Source of the DNA: Bacteroidales bacterium | Lineage (GTDB): Bacteria > Bacteroidota > Bacteroidia > Bacteroidales > Cfx3-03 | Assembly: GCA_023251485.1 (NCBI GenBank) | Contig: JAHEYR010000001.1 | Location: 1-62,683 of the forward strand | Reading direction: 5' to 3' | DNA length: 62,683 bases | In this document: positions 28,388 to 38,483 of the stretch, one piece after another | Position numbering within the stretch: the stretch's first letter is position 1 | Layout: the number at the start of each line of letters is the position of its first letter | Position numbers and translations under genes: made by a program | Notes under the pieces: model-generated | Told to the model about the DNA's origin: nothing | What the model saw: only the letters and a program-made list of their open reading frames with translations | Databases searched by the model: none

Positions 28388-30441
28388 AACTTGAGAATGA
28401 GTTGAGCGCTGATATCAAGGGGACTCCATGAATCAGCTGGTGTGCTTTGTGCCGTAGTCCCATCATCGGCTGATGTTGTTTGATTTATATTAGCGGTACT
28501 ATTTGTTGTTGTTTTCTTGAAGCTCGATCCGATTTTTATTGTGAATGTTTGGTTTCTAGGTAGTCTGATTCTCCCGAATAAATAAGCTCTTTTCCCCTCT
28601 CCATAAAGCATTGGGGTGCTAAAAGCAAATCGGTGGTCAGTCTCATATGTATAAAACCGATTGTCGTATGATGTAGAGAATAACGCTAGTCGTGCTGTGA
28701 TATTAAATTTATCTTTTTTGCTTTTCCATGATATATCTTGCAAGAAGAGTTTTCCTTCTGTTGTCCCTGAATGCTGTTGTAGTTGATTCCATTCGCCTCT
28801 TGATTGTAATGTAAATCCTGATCCCAATGCAATTCTTCCTGTTAAGCGAATATTGAATCGATGTTGGTTTTCAACTTTATTAATGATCACCGTATCAGCA
28901 ACGGGTAAATTTAATGGATGGTCTTTTACGGTAAGTCTCAGTGCTAAGAGTGTTTGCTTATTTGGCTTCCATTCTACTTGAATTTGCTGTTCGCTTCCAG
29001 AAGATGGAGTGTCAATTCTGTATTTCAACCATGGGAAATGATAAAAGTCAGTAAAAGCTCTGAGTGTAAGTTTGGAAGATAGCAATACGTTTAAACCGGC
29101 AAAGATTCCTTTTTCGTTTTGTGGAATACCACTTTCTCCAATGCAGTTGCCAAATGGCGCGTTATATTTTATAGCGTAGTTTCTATAAGAAATAAACAAA
29201 GTGGTTCCATAAACCGGTTGGTATAGAATATTCTGGATCATGGCTATACTATTTGTCTGATCCATTGCAATCTCGCCACTCAGTATCACTTTTCCCATGA
29301 CGATTCGATTGTCGAGACTGATGTCTTGAAAATCTTTTCCGGTGAGGGCATATTTTTTATAAAGTGCAGTTGGTTCAGCAAGTGGAATACTATAGTTTCC
29401 TCTGACGACGTTAAGACCAATAGATGAAACATCGAAGTTATAAGCCACTCTTCCTCCATAACTAATCAGCAATGCATTATGTCTTCTATTCATTTCAATA
29501 CTGTCGCGGTGCAAACCATCTTCCACCAGACTTAGAATTTGATTCTGTGCGGAGTCTTTTCGTGCATCAAGTGGCGAAGCCGAAAAGAAGCCTGTTACTG
29601 TAAATTTTTTTATGTTTATTGAAGCTGCCGCGCCTCTCATGAAGCCAGTCTCCATAGCCGAACTATTTTGGACAATCCCTTGTGGCTTTCTGATATATCC
29701 TGATGCAAATATCGTTCGCCCAATATTATATCCACTCCAGATGGCCATGCCCTGACCGAATCGGAGATGGTAATCTCCAATGATGATCTTTGTTTTGTCG
29801 GTGGAATTCCCTACTGCAACATATCCGGAATAGAAGTCGAAACCTCTGAATCGGTTGGCTGCTTTTCTTAACAGCGGTTCTCCTGCATCTTTTTCAAGTG
29901 TAAAACCTGCGGATATCCTGTTTCTCCAATCGTATCGATATTTTACCAACAACTTTGTCTGAGAGCCAAGATAGGCACTATCTCTTGGCTTATTGAATCC
30001 TGAGCTTCTCATGACCAATGTGTTTTTCCCCTCATTGACCAGCTCTGGAAGCATTATGGGTTGTTTATTCCTGTCTGTAGAAAAATCTATATAAGGAATA
30101 AGCTTATCTATGACCTCCCGATCGAATCCCTCGACTAGTTGAAGTTCATATTGCGAAATGATCAGTCCTCCCAGCTTTCTGTAGACCAGGAGATTCTTTA
30201 TCTGGATTTCATTTAGAAAAGGAATTCTGTTTAGTTGCTTCTGTGTGGCGAAGTTGATATAAATCGGGTGGCGACTAAAGTAGTTGAGTAGCTCTTCACG
30301 ATCAGAGAAGTCATGATCCAGATCGGCTTGGCTCTTCAGTGTTTCTAATTCATACACCTCTTCTTCGGTGACTACATTTTGACTGAAGCAGTTTAAGCTG
30401 ATTACCAGAAACCCTATGAAAAGGGGATATGCATAATTCAT
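28384..30441 (-). CDS. Secreted protein with a ComEA-like helix-hairpin-helix module fused to a large predicted outer-membrane beta-barrel
   Basis: Signal peptide. INFATQKQLNRIPFLNEIQIKNLLVYRKLGGLIISQYELQLVEGFDREVIDKLIPYIDF matches the tandem HhH pattern of ComEA. About 560 aa of alternating strand-like sequence follow, ending in AQLILKF. Confidence 0.6.
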   Translation of the reverse strand: MNYAYPLFIGFLVISLNCFSQNVVTEEEVYELETLKSQADLDHDFSDREELLNYFSRHPIYINFATQKQLNRIPFLNEIQIKNLLVYRKLGGLIISQYELQLVEGFDREVIDKLIPYIDFSTDRNKQPIMLPELVNEGKNTLVMRSSGFNKPRDSAYLGSQTKLLVKYRYDWRNRISAGFTLEKDAGEPLLRKAANRFRGFDFYSGYVAVGNSTDKTKIIIGDYHLRFGQGMAIWSGYNIGRTIFASGYIRKPQGIVQNSSAMETGFMRGAAASINIKKFTVTGFFSASPLDARKDSAQNQILSLVEDGLHRDSIEMNRRHNALLISYGGRVAYNFDVSSIGLNVVRGNYSIPLAEPTALYKKYALTGKDFQDISLDNRIVMGKVILSGEIAMDQTNSIAMIQNILYQPVYGTTLFISYRNYAIKYNAPFGNCIGESGIPQNEKGIFAGLNVLLSSKLTLRAFTDFYHFPWLKYRIDTPSSGSEQQIQVEWKPNKQTLLALRLTVKDHPLNLPVADTVIINKVENQHRFNIRLTGRIALGSGFTLQSRGEWNQLQQHSGTTEGKLFLQDISWKSKKDKFNITARLALFSTSYDNRFYTYETDHRFAFSTPMLYGEGKRAYLFGRIRLPRNQTFTIKIGSSFKKTTTNSTANINQTTSADDGTTAQSTPADSWSPLDISAQLILKF

Positions 30442-30478
30442 TTTCTAGTTTCTATTTAGAGCGGATAGCGCACAATGA

Positions 30479-31291
30479 TTATAGTTTATAGATAAGCGAG
30501 CCTTGTGGTGAAAAACCAAGTGTTTGATGCCATTTAGTAGCGATATCTATGGTGAAAGCCGAAAAGGAATACCCACAACCAAAACTAATTCCAGAAGGGT
30601 TGGTGCTATAGCCTGCCCGTAGATAGACCTGATCATTAAGTGAATATTCTACCCCATAACGAAAGGTGTATCCATCCCGATGAGATTGTTCGGCCTGAAA
30701 CAATAGTTGCAGATCCGTGATTGGTTTGTATGCGACGCCTGCCCGCCATAGCGAGGGGATCTCTTGAGGCGGTGAACATTGGTATTGTGATTTTATGGGG
30801 TTGAAAATACTCACTGCGAAGCCTGTCTTTTCGTCGATCTGCCATTGTATTCCTGCTTCGAATGTCACCGCAGAGCCTTTCCCATATTCGTTTCCATACG
30901 AAACCTGATAATAGTCGAAGCGAATACCTGCCGAGAAACGCTCTCCAAAACTTCGACCGTAAGCAAAACCGGCAAATACGTTGTTGTATTGATTGCTTCC
31001 AACTTGACTTACAGCAATGGCCATTCCTCCATTTGCAACGGGAACTGCAAACGATGCTGCATTATAACAAAGTTCTTTCATCAGAAATCTGTTTTCAACA
31101 AATAGTCCGACTATTGGTTGAACTATCTTTGCTAATCCAGCCGGGTTATTGTGTGCGGCCCATATACCACTTGCGAAGACGGACACCCCGCCTATACCGG
31201 CTTGATTGGCACCTGCCGGATCGCCTTCTTTTTCTGCTTGGATTTGGAGTGGTATGATCAAAAGGAAGCAAAGAAGATAATGACTAGTCAT
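30479..31291 (-). CDS. Small outer-membrane beta-barrel, PorV/PorQ (FadL-like) family
   Basis: Signal peptide, GIGGVSVFASGIWAAHNNPAGLA (the FadL/PorV/PorQ N-terminal NPAGL motif), and strand-rich sequence ending in GSLIYKL. Confidence 0.55.
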   Translation of the reverse strand: MTSHYLLCFLLIIPLQIQAEKEGDPAGANQAGIGGVSVFASGIWAAHNNPAGLAKIVQPIVGLFVENRFLMKELCYNAASFAVPVANGGMAIAVSQVGSNQYNNVFAGFAYGRSFGERFSAGIRFDYYQVSYGNEYGKGSAVTFEAGIQWQIDEKTGFAVSIFNPIKSQYQCSPPQEIPSLWRAGVAYKPITDLQLLFQAEQSHRDGYTFRYGVEYSLNDQVYLRAGYSTNPSGISFGCGYSFSAFTIDIATKWHQTLGFSPQGSLIYKL

Positions 31292-31461
31292 CTCATATAC
31301 TATGCGTATAAAAATACAAATAAAAAAACTGTTAAGGTAAAAATGAAAGGTTTATTTTTGTTGAAGCAAGCAGATTCTAAAATGCCGATATAAATTAAGC
31401 AGGTGAGTTAAATCAGTCCCTCAATTTTAAATTTATTTACTGATTAAATAAAATAAAGATC

Positions 31462-32124
31462 ATGGAAACGAAAGAGATATTACAATTTTTGAAAGATTTG
31501 AACGCAAATAATAACAGAGAGTGGTTTGCCGAGAATAAGAAAAGATATGAGCATGCTAATAAGTTGTTGCTCTCATTGGTCGAAGAGGCTATTGCAACGG
31601 TTCGGGTGATTGATCCAACCATCGGTGAGGTGTTACCTAAAGAATGTGTGTTTAGAATATACAAAGATATTCGGTTCTCACACGACAAGACTCCTTACAA
31701 AACCAATATGGGAGCCTATATCGCCCGTGGAGGACGCAAAAGTATTTACGGTGGGTATTATTTGCATTTTGAACCGGGTTCCTGCATGTTAGCCGGTGGA
31801 ATATATATGCCCGATCCTGATACGTTGAAAAGAATCAGACAGGAGATTTATTTTAACAGTCCTGAATTTAAAGGAATATTAAATGATAAAGCATTTGTGA
31901 AATATTTCGGGGCATTAGCCGATGAGGGAAAATTGAAAAAAGCTCCCCGTGATTATCCTGCAGACTTCCCTGATGTAGAGTTGTTGAAATATCGCCACTA
32001 TACGATGATGCATAGTGTGAGTGATGACGTTGTCTGTTCCGCACAATATCCTGCATTGATAAAAAGTGTATTTGAGGTCATGAAACCCGTTAATGATTTT
32101 CTGAATAGAGCGTTAAAAGAGTAA
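31462..32124 (+). CDS. DUF2461 (TIGR02453) family protein
   Basis: FLKDLNANNNREWFAENKKRYE and RIYKDIRFSHDKTPYKT blocks are typical of TIGR02453. Confidence 0.8.
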   Translation: METKEILQFLKDLNANNNREWFAENKKRYEHANKLLLSLVEEAIATVRVIDPTIGEVLPKECVFRIYKDIRFSHDKTPYKTNMGAYIARGGRKSIYGGYYLHFEPGSCMLAGGIYMPDPDTLKRIRQEIYFNSPEFKGILNDKAFVKYFGALADEGKLKKAPRDYPADFPDVELLKYRHYTMMHSVSDDVVCSAQYPALIKSVFEVMKPVNDFLNRALKE

Positions 32125-32245
32125 GTGTTGTTTTTATTCAGTAAAAGAGCATATTTAATTGGATGAACGCCATGTTTCATTAAATTTGTTTTTTTTAAAT
32201 TTCTGTCAATTACAGTACTAAATTATCATCCTTTTTGGAATTACT

Positions 32246-33391
32246 ATGAAATATTTCTTCGCTGCTTTATTAATGTTTAGCCTGCTTCATTTCAGATCTA
32301 CAGGACAAAATTTTTTCAAATCGAAACCAAAAAATCTAATCGTAGAGGTTTATAATCGAAATAATTTTATTGTAAAAGATGAAGTTGTGGAGATCCCTTT
32401 TTCAGATCTATTACATAGAAACAAAAAATTGAAACCGGGTAATTTTAAAGTCATTGATCTCTCGACAGGAAAAGAAAAGACTACCCAGGTCACCTATAAT
32501 GAGAAGAAACAACCGTTGTCTGTCTTAATTCAATCAACGAATGATCCTAGGCAGACCAAAAAATATGAAGTGCTAGAAGGAATCCCATCTGCTTTCACGT
32601 CACTTACTTTTGGACGTTTTGTACCGGAACGATTAGACGATTTTGCGTGGGAAAATGATCGTATTGCACACCGGATGTACGGTCCCGCTCTCGAAAAAAC
32701 GGGAGAGCTGAGCAATGGAATCGATGTGTGGGTGAAGCGAACCGATTCTTTGGTCATCAATAAATGGTATAAGCTGGATAATTATCATGAAGATCATGGT
32801 GAGGGGCTCGATTGTTTTAAAGTGGGTCGAACACTGGGTTGTGGGGGAGAGGCTCCCTACATTCATGATAAACTCTGGTTTGCAAATAATTTTGTCAGCT
32901 ACACGATCTTAGAAAATGGCCCATTACGTACAACATTTAAATTAGATTACGCATCATTTCTTGCTGCCGGAATTGCGATTAAAGAGCATCGGACAATCTC
33001 TTTATCTGCCGGTTCACAACTGAGTAAAATCGTTGTTCACTATGAGATGAAAGAAAAGAAAGTCCCCATCGCTGTAGGCTTGGTGACTCGGAATGGAGAT
33101 GATAAGCGGTTATTGCAAGAGAAGTATGGCATCTTAGGTTACTGGGAGCCCAAATCAGCTGAAAGCGGAACCATCGGCCAAGGTGCAATACTGCCCGAAG
33201 GTGGTAAGATGGCTATTGCAGAGGGTCATTTATTAGCGATCTCTAATCTATACCGATCAGAACCTTTTACATATTATGCAGGGGCTTGTTGGGATAAAGC
33301 GGGTAGGATTAAAACTGCTGAAGAGTGGTTTATTTATCTGAAACGATATTCTGAAATTCTTAAAAGCCCATTGAGGGTTTATGTTAGATGA
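32246..33391 (+). CDS. DUF4861-domain secreted protein
   Basis: Signal peptide and ERLDDFAWENDRIAHRMYGPALE..GIDVWVKR, a characteristic DUF4861 block often found in pectin or uronate loci. Confidence 0.7.
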   Translation: MKYFFAALLMFSLLHFRSTGQNFFKSKPKNLIVEVYNRNNFIVKDEVVEIPFSDLLHRNKKLKPGNFKVIDLSTGKEKTTQVTYNEKKQPLSVLIQSTNDPRQTKKYEVLEGIPSAFTSLTFGRFVPERLDDFAWENDRIAHRMYGPALEKTGELSNGIDVWVKRTDSLVINKWYKLDNYHEDHGEGLDCFKVGRTLGCGGEAPYIHDKLWFANNFVSYTILENGPLRTTFKLDYASFLAAGIAIKEHRTISLSAGSQLSKIVVHYEMKEKKVPIAVGLVTRNGDDKRLLQEKYGILGYWEPKSAESGTIGQGAILPEGGKMAIAEGHLLAISNLYRSEPFTYYAGACWDKAGRIKTAEEWFIYLKRYSEILKSPLRVYVR

Positions 33392-33393
33392 AG

Positions 33394-33438
33394 CAAGAAG
33401 AAGGCCTGCTAAAGTTAATTTAGCAGGCCTTCTTCTTG
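33394..33438. terminator. Bidirectional terminator hairpin
   Basis: caagaagaaggcctgcta / tagcaggccttcttcttg forms an 18-bp perfect stem between convergent genes and abuts the folC stop. Confidence 0.8.
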
Positions 33439-34734
33439 TTAAACCACCTCCGCAACCACAAATGCACTACCGCCGATAAAAACCAAATCGTGTTCTTTTG
33501 CATTCAATGAAGCGGCTTCTTTTGCTTCTGCTACTGAAGCGTAAGCTTCACCGTGCAATCCTAATTCTGAAGCCATCTCTTTTAGCTTCTGGGCATCAAG
33601 TGCCCTGGGGAGGTCTGCTTTGCAGAAATAGTAAATAGCCTCTTTGGGAAGTAGATGGAGCATGCCGGTGATGTCCTTATCACTAACTACTCCAAAAACA
33701 AAGTGAAGTTGATGATGAGGTGTCAACCTTATTTGTTTTACAACTTCTTTGATGCCATCAACATTATGACCGATATCACAAATTGTAAGCGGATTACGTT
33801 TTAGCATTTGCCAACGTCCACTGAAGCCTGTGTTTTCTACCACCTTTTCTATTCCCTTCTTTACGATCTCAGGATGAGTAGGCCATCCCATCTCTTCTAA
33901 TAATCTGGCTGTTTGAATCGTTGTGGCGATATTATAGGGTTGATATGAACCTGCAAGAGGAGAGTCTACCTGTTCTAAATACGTTTTATGATCAACAATG
34001 ACTTTCCCTGATAATAGTGGCTTCTCATCAAGGCTATACAACATGTTTTCCAGCACAACATGCTCATCTGCAAAGTAGATTTCGGCATACATCTCGGCAG
34101 CTTGTCTTCTGAATACGGGGTGTGTTTCAGGATGCGATTGCCCAATCACCACTGGAACCTGAGGCTTGATTATTCCTGCTTTCTCAAAAGCAATTTTATC
34201 CAGTGTATCTCCTAAAAACTGTGTATGATCATATCCGATATTGGTGATAACCGAAACCAGTGGGTTGATAACATTTGTAGAGTCCAGCCGTCCACCCATT
34301 CCTGTTTCAATAATAGCAATGTCAACTTTCTCGTCGGCAAAATAGCTGAAGGCCAGTGCTACATTCATTTCAAAGAAAGAAGGTTCAATCCGATCGAAGG
34401 CATCTTTATATTTTTCAACAAAATCGATCACATACTCTTCTGAAATCATCTCTCCGTTTATCTTAATCCGTTCTCTGAAGTCGCGGAGATGAGGCGACGT
34501 ATAGAGTCCAACCTTTTTTTCGCCCTCCTGCAAAATACTGGATAGAAAATGAGAAACAGAGCCTTTACCATTAGTTCCGGCAATATGAATCGTAGGGTAG
34601 AAGCGGTAGGGATAGTTTGTCAGTTCACATAATTCGAGGGTGTTGCCCAGATCTGCTTTGTAAGCAGCAGCACCAATCCTATGAAACATAGGTAGCTGGG
34701 CAAGCATATAATCAAGCGTTTGTTGATAATTCAT
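33439..34734 (-). CDS. folC: Bifunctional folylpolyglutamate synthase / dihydrofolate synthase
   Basis: P-loop HIAGTNGKGSV and the Mur-ligase fold pattern, about 431 aa. Confidence 0.93.
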   Translation of the reverse strand: MNYQQTLDYMLAQLPMFHRIGAAAYKADLGNTLELCELTNYPYRFYPTIHIAGTNGKGSVSHFLSSILQEGEKKVGLYTSPHLRDFRERIKINGEMISEEYVIDFVEKYKDAFDRIEPSFFEMNVALAFSYFADEKVDIAIIETGMGGRLDSTNVINPLVSVITNIGYDHTQFLGDTLDKIAFEKAGIIKPQVPVVIGQSHPETHPVFRRQAAEMYAEIYFADEHVVLENMLYSLDEKPLLSGKVIVDHKTYLEQVDSPLAGSYQPYNIATTIQTARLLEEMGWPTHPEIVKKGIEKVVENTGFSGRWQMLKRNPLTICDIGHNVDGIKEVVKQIRLTPHHQLHFVFGVVSDKDITGMLHLLPKEAIYYFCKADLPRALDAQKLKEMASELGLHGEAYASVAEAKEAASLNAKEHDLVFIGGSAFVVAEVV

Positions 34735-34802
34735 GGTGTCAGATAAATAAGCCGCAAAGGTAAAGCGAATAGTATAAGTTCTGAAATTAATAGCTGTTAA
34801 AA

Positions 34803-34850
34803 AAAGGAAAAGAGACCTTCAGCAAACTGCCCGAAAGTCTCTTTTCCTTT
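34803..34850 (-). terminator. Rho-independent terminator downstream of kup
   Basis: aaaggaaaagagac / gtctcttttccttt forms a 14-bp stem with a 20-nt loop, and a T-run follows on the minus strand. Confidence 0.7.
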
Positions 34851-34887
34851 TTATCGCTTTCCCTTGTCTGGGTGAAACTGAATGCTT

Positions 34888-36834
34888 TTAATTAATTCGT
34901 GTAGGCCTCACCTTAGTTGGAGGGTCTACCATCAACGGCACCTTTTCGATCGTTACATTGGATGTATCAAGGCCATATGCTTTAACATTCGTGATCGCAA
35001 CTCGTTTAACCAGGTTGTGAATTTGCATAATGAACTGATCGATAGGGCTAAAGTCGAAGTCGTAATTCTGTACGCGGTCTGTGATGATATACTTGAAGTC
35101 ACCCAGAATACCATACTTTCTTAATGAAGGATAATGGCTGATGATATCAATTTCGTGTTTCTGCATCAAATCTTCCAGTATCTGCTTGAAGTAGAGATTG
35201 ATTCTGGGCTCGACCTTAAATCCGATCTTAAAGTCGACACGTACTAACACAAACGGGATGATGTGTTCAAGTTTATATTCCAGCGTATGAGGTTCGTCAA
35301 CAATATCGACGTGGAAGAACCAATATAAGTCAGCTCGTTTAGGCTGCTTATTGATAATGGAGTACATGATTTTTGCTTCAATATCCGTAGGATAATCGGC
35401 ACGTGTAAGATATACAAGGTTTGTTGAAAACTTAGGAATAGAGTGGTCGTTGTGCAAGTCTTTCAACACGTCAGAGTAGTCACTGATTTTATCAAACTTA
35501 AGGTAAGCTTTCTTGATGGAACGTGCTTTATACCACGAGTACATGATGGTGAAGATGAAAGAGGCCATCATGATGGTAAACCATCCGCCATTAACAAATT
35601 TGTGAAGATTGGAAACCAGAAAAGATCCTTCAATAATGATGTATGACGACAGGAATACTAAGATATAGGCAGAGCCGATTTTCTTGGCATATAGATAAAA
35701 TGTCATGAGTAATGTCGTCATTAACATGGTTATGGTGATTGACAAACCATAAGCGGCTTCCATTTTTGACGATTCCTTAAACAGTAGAATGGCACCCATA
35801 CATGCGATGTAGAGAATCCAGTTTACACTTGGAATATACATTTGACCTTTGATACGGGTTGGATATTTAATCTTTACTTTCGGCCAGAAGTTAAGGTGGA
35901 TGCCTTCACTGATGATGGTATACGACCCACTGATAAGAGCTTGACTGGCGATGATAGCAGCAGCGGTGGCCAATATAAGACCGGGAATGAGAAACCAATG
36001 CGGCATGATCGTAAAGAAAGGATTGGTATCAGGAGTGAGCGTTGTCTTATGGGTGATGATCCATGCACCCTGTCCAAGGTAATTCAAAATAAGATTGACC
36101 TTAACGAAGATCCATGAAATACGAATGTTATTATAACCGCAATGTCCTAAGTCTGAATATAGTGCCTCAGCACCAGTCGTACAAAGAAAAATAGCGCCTA
36201 ATAGTAAGAAGCCACCCGGATGGAAGAAAAGCAATCGTAATCCGGCGATTGGATTGAAAGCTTGTAATACTGAAGGAAATTCAGAGATGTGTCCAAGTCC
36301 AAGTAATCCCAGTGCAATAAACCAGACAAACATAATGGGACCAAATGACTTACCCAAAGCGTCGGTTCCAAACTGTTGAACAAAGAATAACACCGTGATA
36401 ATGACTAGTGCAATAGGAACAACATTTACATCGGGATGCACCATTCTTAGTCCCTCAATTGCAGATACAACTGTGATGGAGGGCGTTATGATTCCGTCAG
36501 CTAAAAGAGCCGCCCCGCCTATAATTGCAAGAACATACACGCTTTTTCTTCTTTTACGAATAAGTGCATAAAGCGAAAAGATTCCACCTTCTCCCTTGTT
36601 GTCTGCTCGCATTGTGATGATTACATATTTAACTGTAGTCTGGAGTGTAAGGGTCCAGATAATACACGAAATAGATCCAATGATATTTTCGGCATTTAGT
36701 GTAACTCCCAGACCAGAAATAATGGCTTTCATTACATAAAGAGGCGAGGTCCCCAGATCTCCGAAGACGATACCGAGGGTGATAATTGCGCCAGCTGCTG
36801 AGAGCTTACGCTTGATAGAATGTTGTGAATCCAT
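34888..36834 (-). CDS. kup: KUP/HAK/KT potassium transporter
   Basis: N-terminus LGIVFGDLGTSPLYVMK is the KUP signature. There are 12 TM helices plus a cytoplasmic C-domain. Confidence 0.95.
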   Translation of the reverse strand: MDSQHSIKRKLSAAGAIITLGIVFGDLGTSPLYVMKAIISGLGVTLNAENIIGSISCIIWTLTLQTTVKYVIITMRADNKGEGGIFSLYALIRKRRKSVYVLAIIGGAALLADGIITPSITVVSAIEGLRMVHPDVNVVPIALVIITVLFFVQQFGTDALGKSFGPIMFVWFIALGLLGLGHISEFPSVLQAFNPIAGLRLLFFHPGGFLLLGAIFLCTTGAEALYSDLGHCGYNNIRISWIFVKVNLILNYLGQGAWIITHKTTLTPDTNPFFTIMPHWFLIPGLILATAAAIIASQALISGSYTIISEGIHLNFWPKVKIKYPTRIKGQMYIPSVNWILYIACMGAILLFKESSKMEAAYGLSITITMLMTTLLMTFYLYAKKIGSAYILVFLSSYIIIEGSFLVSNLHKFVNGGWFTIMMASFIFTIMYSWYKARSIKKAYLKFDKISDYSDVLKDLHNDHSIPKFSTNLVYLTRADYPTDIEAKIMYSIINKQPKRADLYWFFHVDIVDEPHTLEYKLEHIIPFVLVRVDFKIGFKVEPRINLYFKQILEDLMQKHEIDIISHYPSLRKYGILGDFKYIITDRVQNYDFDFSPIDQFIMQIHNLVKRVAITNVKAYGLDTSNVTIEKVPLMVDPPTKVRPTRIN

Positions 36835-36891
36835 TTTTCGGATTAGAAGCTAAAACGTAATGATTGAATAACAATTGAAATATTCGGATGT

Positions 36892-37542
36892 TTATACATT
36901 TGATTTAGAGAAGCGTTGTTTTAGAACAGTCATGATAGGAGGAAGAAGAGAGATAAGTATAATGCCGAAGATTACAATCGTGAAGTTGTTTTTTACTATA
37001 GGAATATTCCCAAAGAGATAACCAGCCCATGAAAATGAGTTAACCCATAAAACATTACCGATGATACTGAAGATATAAAATCTTTTGTATGTCATTCTTC
37101 CGATACCGGCAACAAAAGGAGCAAAGGTTCTAATAATAGGCATATAACGTGCAATGATAAGCGTTTTTCCACCATGTTTTTCATAGAAGGCATGCGTCTT
37201 ATCAATGTATTCGCGTTTGATGAGTTTGAAATTACGTTCATAAACACTATCCCCGAGAAATTTTCCGATAAAGAAGTTCGTGTTATCTCCTGAAAAGGCT
37301 GCTATCATTAATAGGATTACCAGAATATGGATTTGGAGTGGGTTGCCCGGCATAGCCGAAATGGCTCCTGCCGCAAATAATAAAGAATCTCCAGGTAAGA
37401 AAGGGGTTACTACTAAACCTGTTTCACAAAATATGATGATAAACAGAATGAGGTATGCCCATGTTTGATAAGTGCTGACAATTTCAATTAAATGCTTGTC
37501 AATGTTAAGAATGAAGTCAATTAAAAAGTGGATTGTTTCCAA
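36892..37542 (-). CDS. DedA/VTT-family membrane protein
   Basis: (L)ETIHFLIDFILNIDKHLIEIV..FCETGLVVTPFLPGDSLLFAAGA aligns from residue 1 with E. coli DedA as recalled. That supports a TTG start at 37542. The track ORF runs to an ATG at 37707, which would leave only 49 nt to the divergent gene. Confidence 0.8.
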   Translation of the reverse strand: METIHFLIDFILNIDKHLIEIVSTYQTWAYLILFIIIFCETGLVVTPFLPGDSLLFAAGAISAMPGNPLQIHILVILLMIAAFSGDNTNFFIGKFLGDSVYERNFKLIKREYIDKTHAFYEKHGGKTLIIARYMPIIRTFAPFVAGIGRMTYKRFYIFSIIGNVLWVNSFSWAGYLFGNIPIVKNNFTIVIFGIILISLLPPIMTVLKQRFSKSNV

Positions 37543-37756
37543 CGTTTGATATTTTAATAACAGCGGGCAAAAATAGACAAAAGAGCGATTATAATAACCG
37601 AATGTAGTAGTTAAATTTTTGATTTCTTTAAATAGAACCCTGATTTCGTGGCTTTTTTCAACATTATATAAAAAAAAGATAACGATGATTAAACTAATGC
37701 AAATCACATCCGTCTTATTAGAAACGGGAAATAAATAAATCCTTAAAAAATAAGAT

Positions 37757-38410
37757 ATGAAAACTAATTCAATAAAAAATGGTTGTATTTCATTACTAAT
37801 TAGTGGGATACTTGTTTTAGTAGTTGGCGTAAATTCAGCATCTGCTCAAGATAATTCTAAAAAAGAGACTAAAGTTATCCGTGTCGAGCGTGTGATGAAG
37901 GGTGGTGGTGGAATGATGATTCCCGGCTTAACGGAGGAGCAACAAACCAAGATGAAAAATTTAAGAGGTGATCACATGAAGACTGTTCAGTTGTTAAAAG
38001 CACAACATGCAGAGAAAGCTGCCCATCTTAAAACGTTGACACTGGCTGATAAGCCTGATAGCAAAGCTATTGATAAGACAATTGATGAGATGATGGCTTT
38101 GAAAGGCGAGATCATGAAAAAAAATATTTCATTTCGGCAAGCAGTGAAAGGAATCTTAACTCCCGAACAGCTAAAAGAATTTCAGGGACGTATGATGAAT
38201 ATGCGTCACCAGAGAGGCAGGATGACATTTGACCGTGATGCTATGATGGACGATCAGGAAGGCGGAATGCCATTTGGCAGAGGTCAGATGATGAGAGGTC
38301 AACGCGGTCTGTTGCATGGTCAGAATATGCCTGGAAGAACACAAATGAATATTCGTATTCATAAAGAAGATGGTAATGGTATGCATGCAGATACGACCAT
38401 CGTAAAGTAA
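37757..38410 (+). CDS. Periplasmic Spy/CpxP-family (LTxxQ) protein with a Met/Gly/Gln/Arg-rich tail
   Basis: Signal peptide, LTEEQQTKMKNL and LTPEQLKEF LTxxQ motifs, and a C-terminal RMMNMRHQRGRM..MMDDQEGGMPFGRGQMMRGQRG. Confidence 0.7.
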   Translation: MKTNSIKNGCISLLISGILVLVVGVNSASAQDNSKKETKVIRVERVMKGGGGMMIPGLTEEQQTKMKNLRGDHMKTVQLLKAQHAEKAAHLKTLTLADKPDSKAIDKTIDEMMALKGEIMKKNISFRQAVKGILTPEQLKEFQGRMMNMRHQRGRMTFDRDAMMDDQEGGMPFGRGQMMRGQRGLLHGQNMPGRTQMNIRIHKEDGNGMHADTTIVK

Positions 38411-38447
38411 GACGCAAGGTTTGCAAAAAGTGAGTTTAGTTTAGTGG

Positions 38448-38483
38448 AAAGCCCTATTCTTCATTGAATGGGGCTTTATTTTT
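38448..38483 (+). terminator. Rho-independent terminator (overlaps the ispF 3' end)
   Basis: aaagccctattc / gaatggggcttt stem followed by ttattttt. Confidence 0.7.

Noticed and set aside
30845-31257. Two overlapping plus-strand ORFs (86 and 131 aa) opposite the PorQ-like barrel gene
   Set aside because: They are antisense to a gene that has a signal peptide, the NPAGL motif and barrel-like periodicity. The alternative frames are Arg/Cys-rich with no features.
37543-37707. 55-codon N-terminal extension of the DedA ORF to an upstream ATG
   Set aside because: It would leave only 49 nt to the divergent gene, and homology to DedA begins exactly at the TTG at 37542. It is kept as an alternative only.
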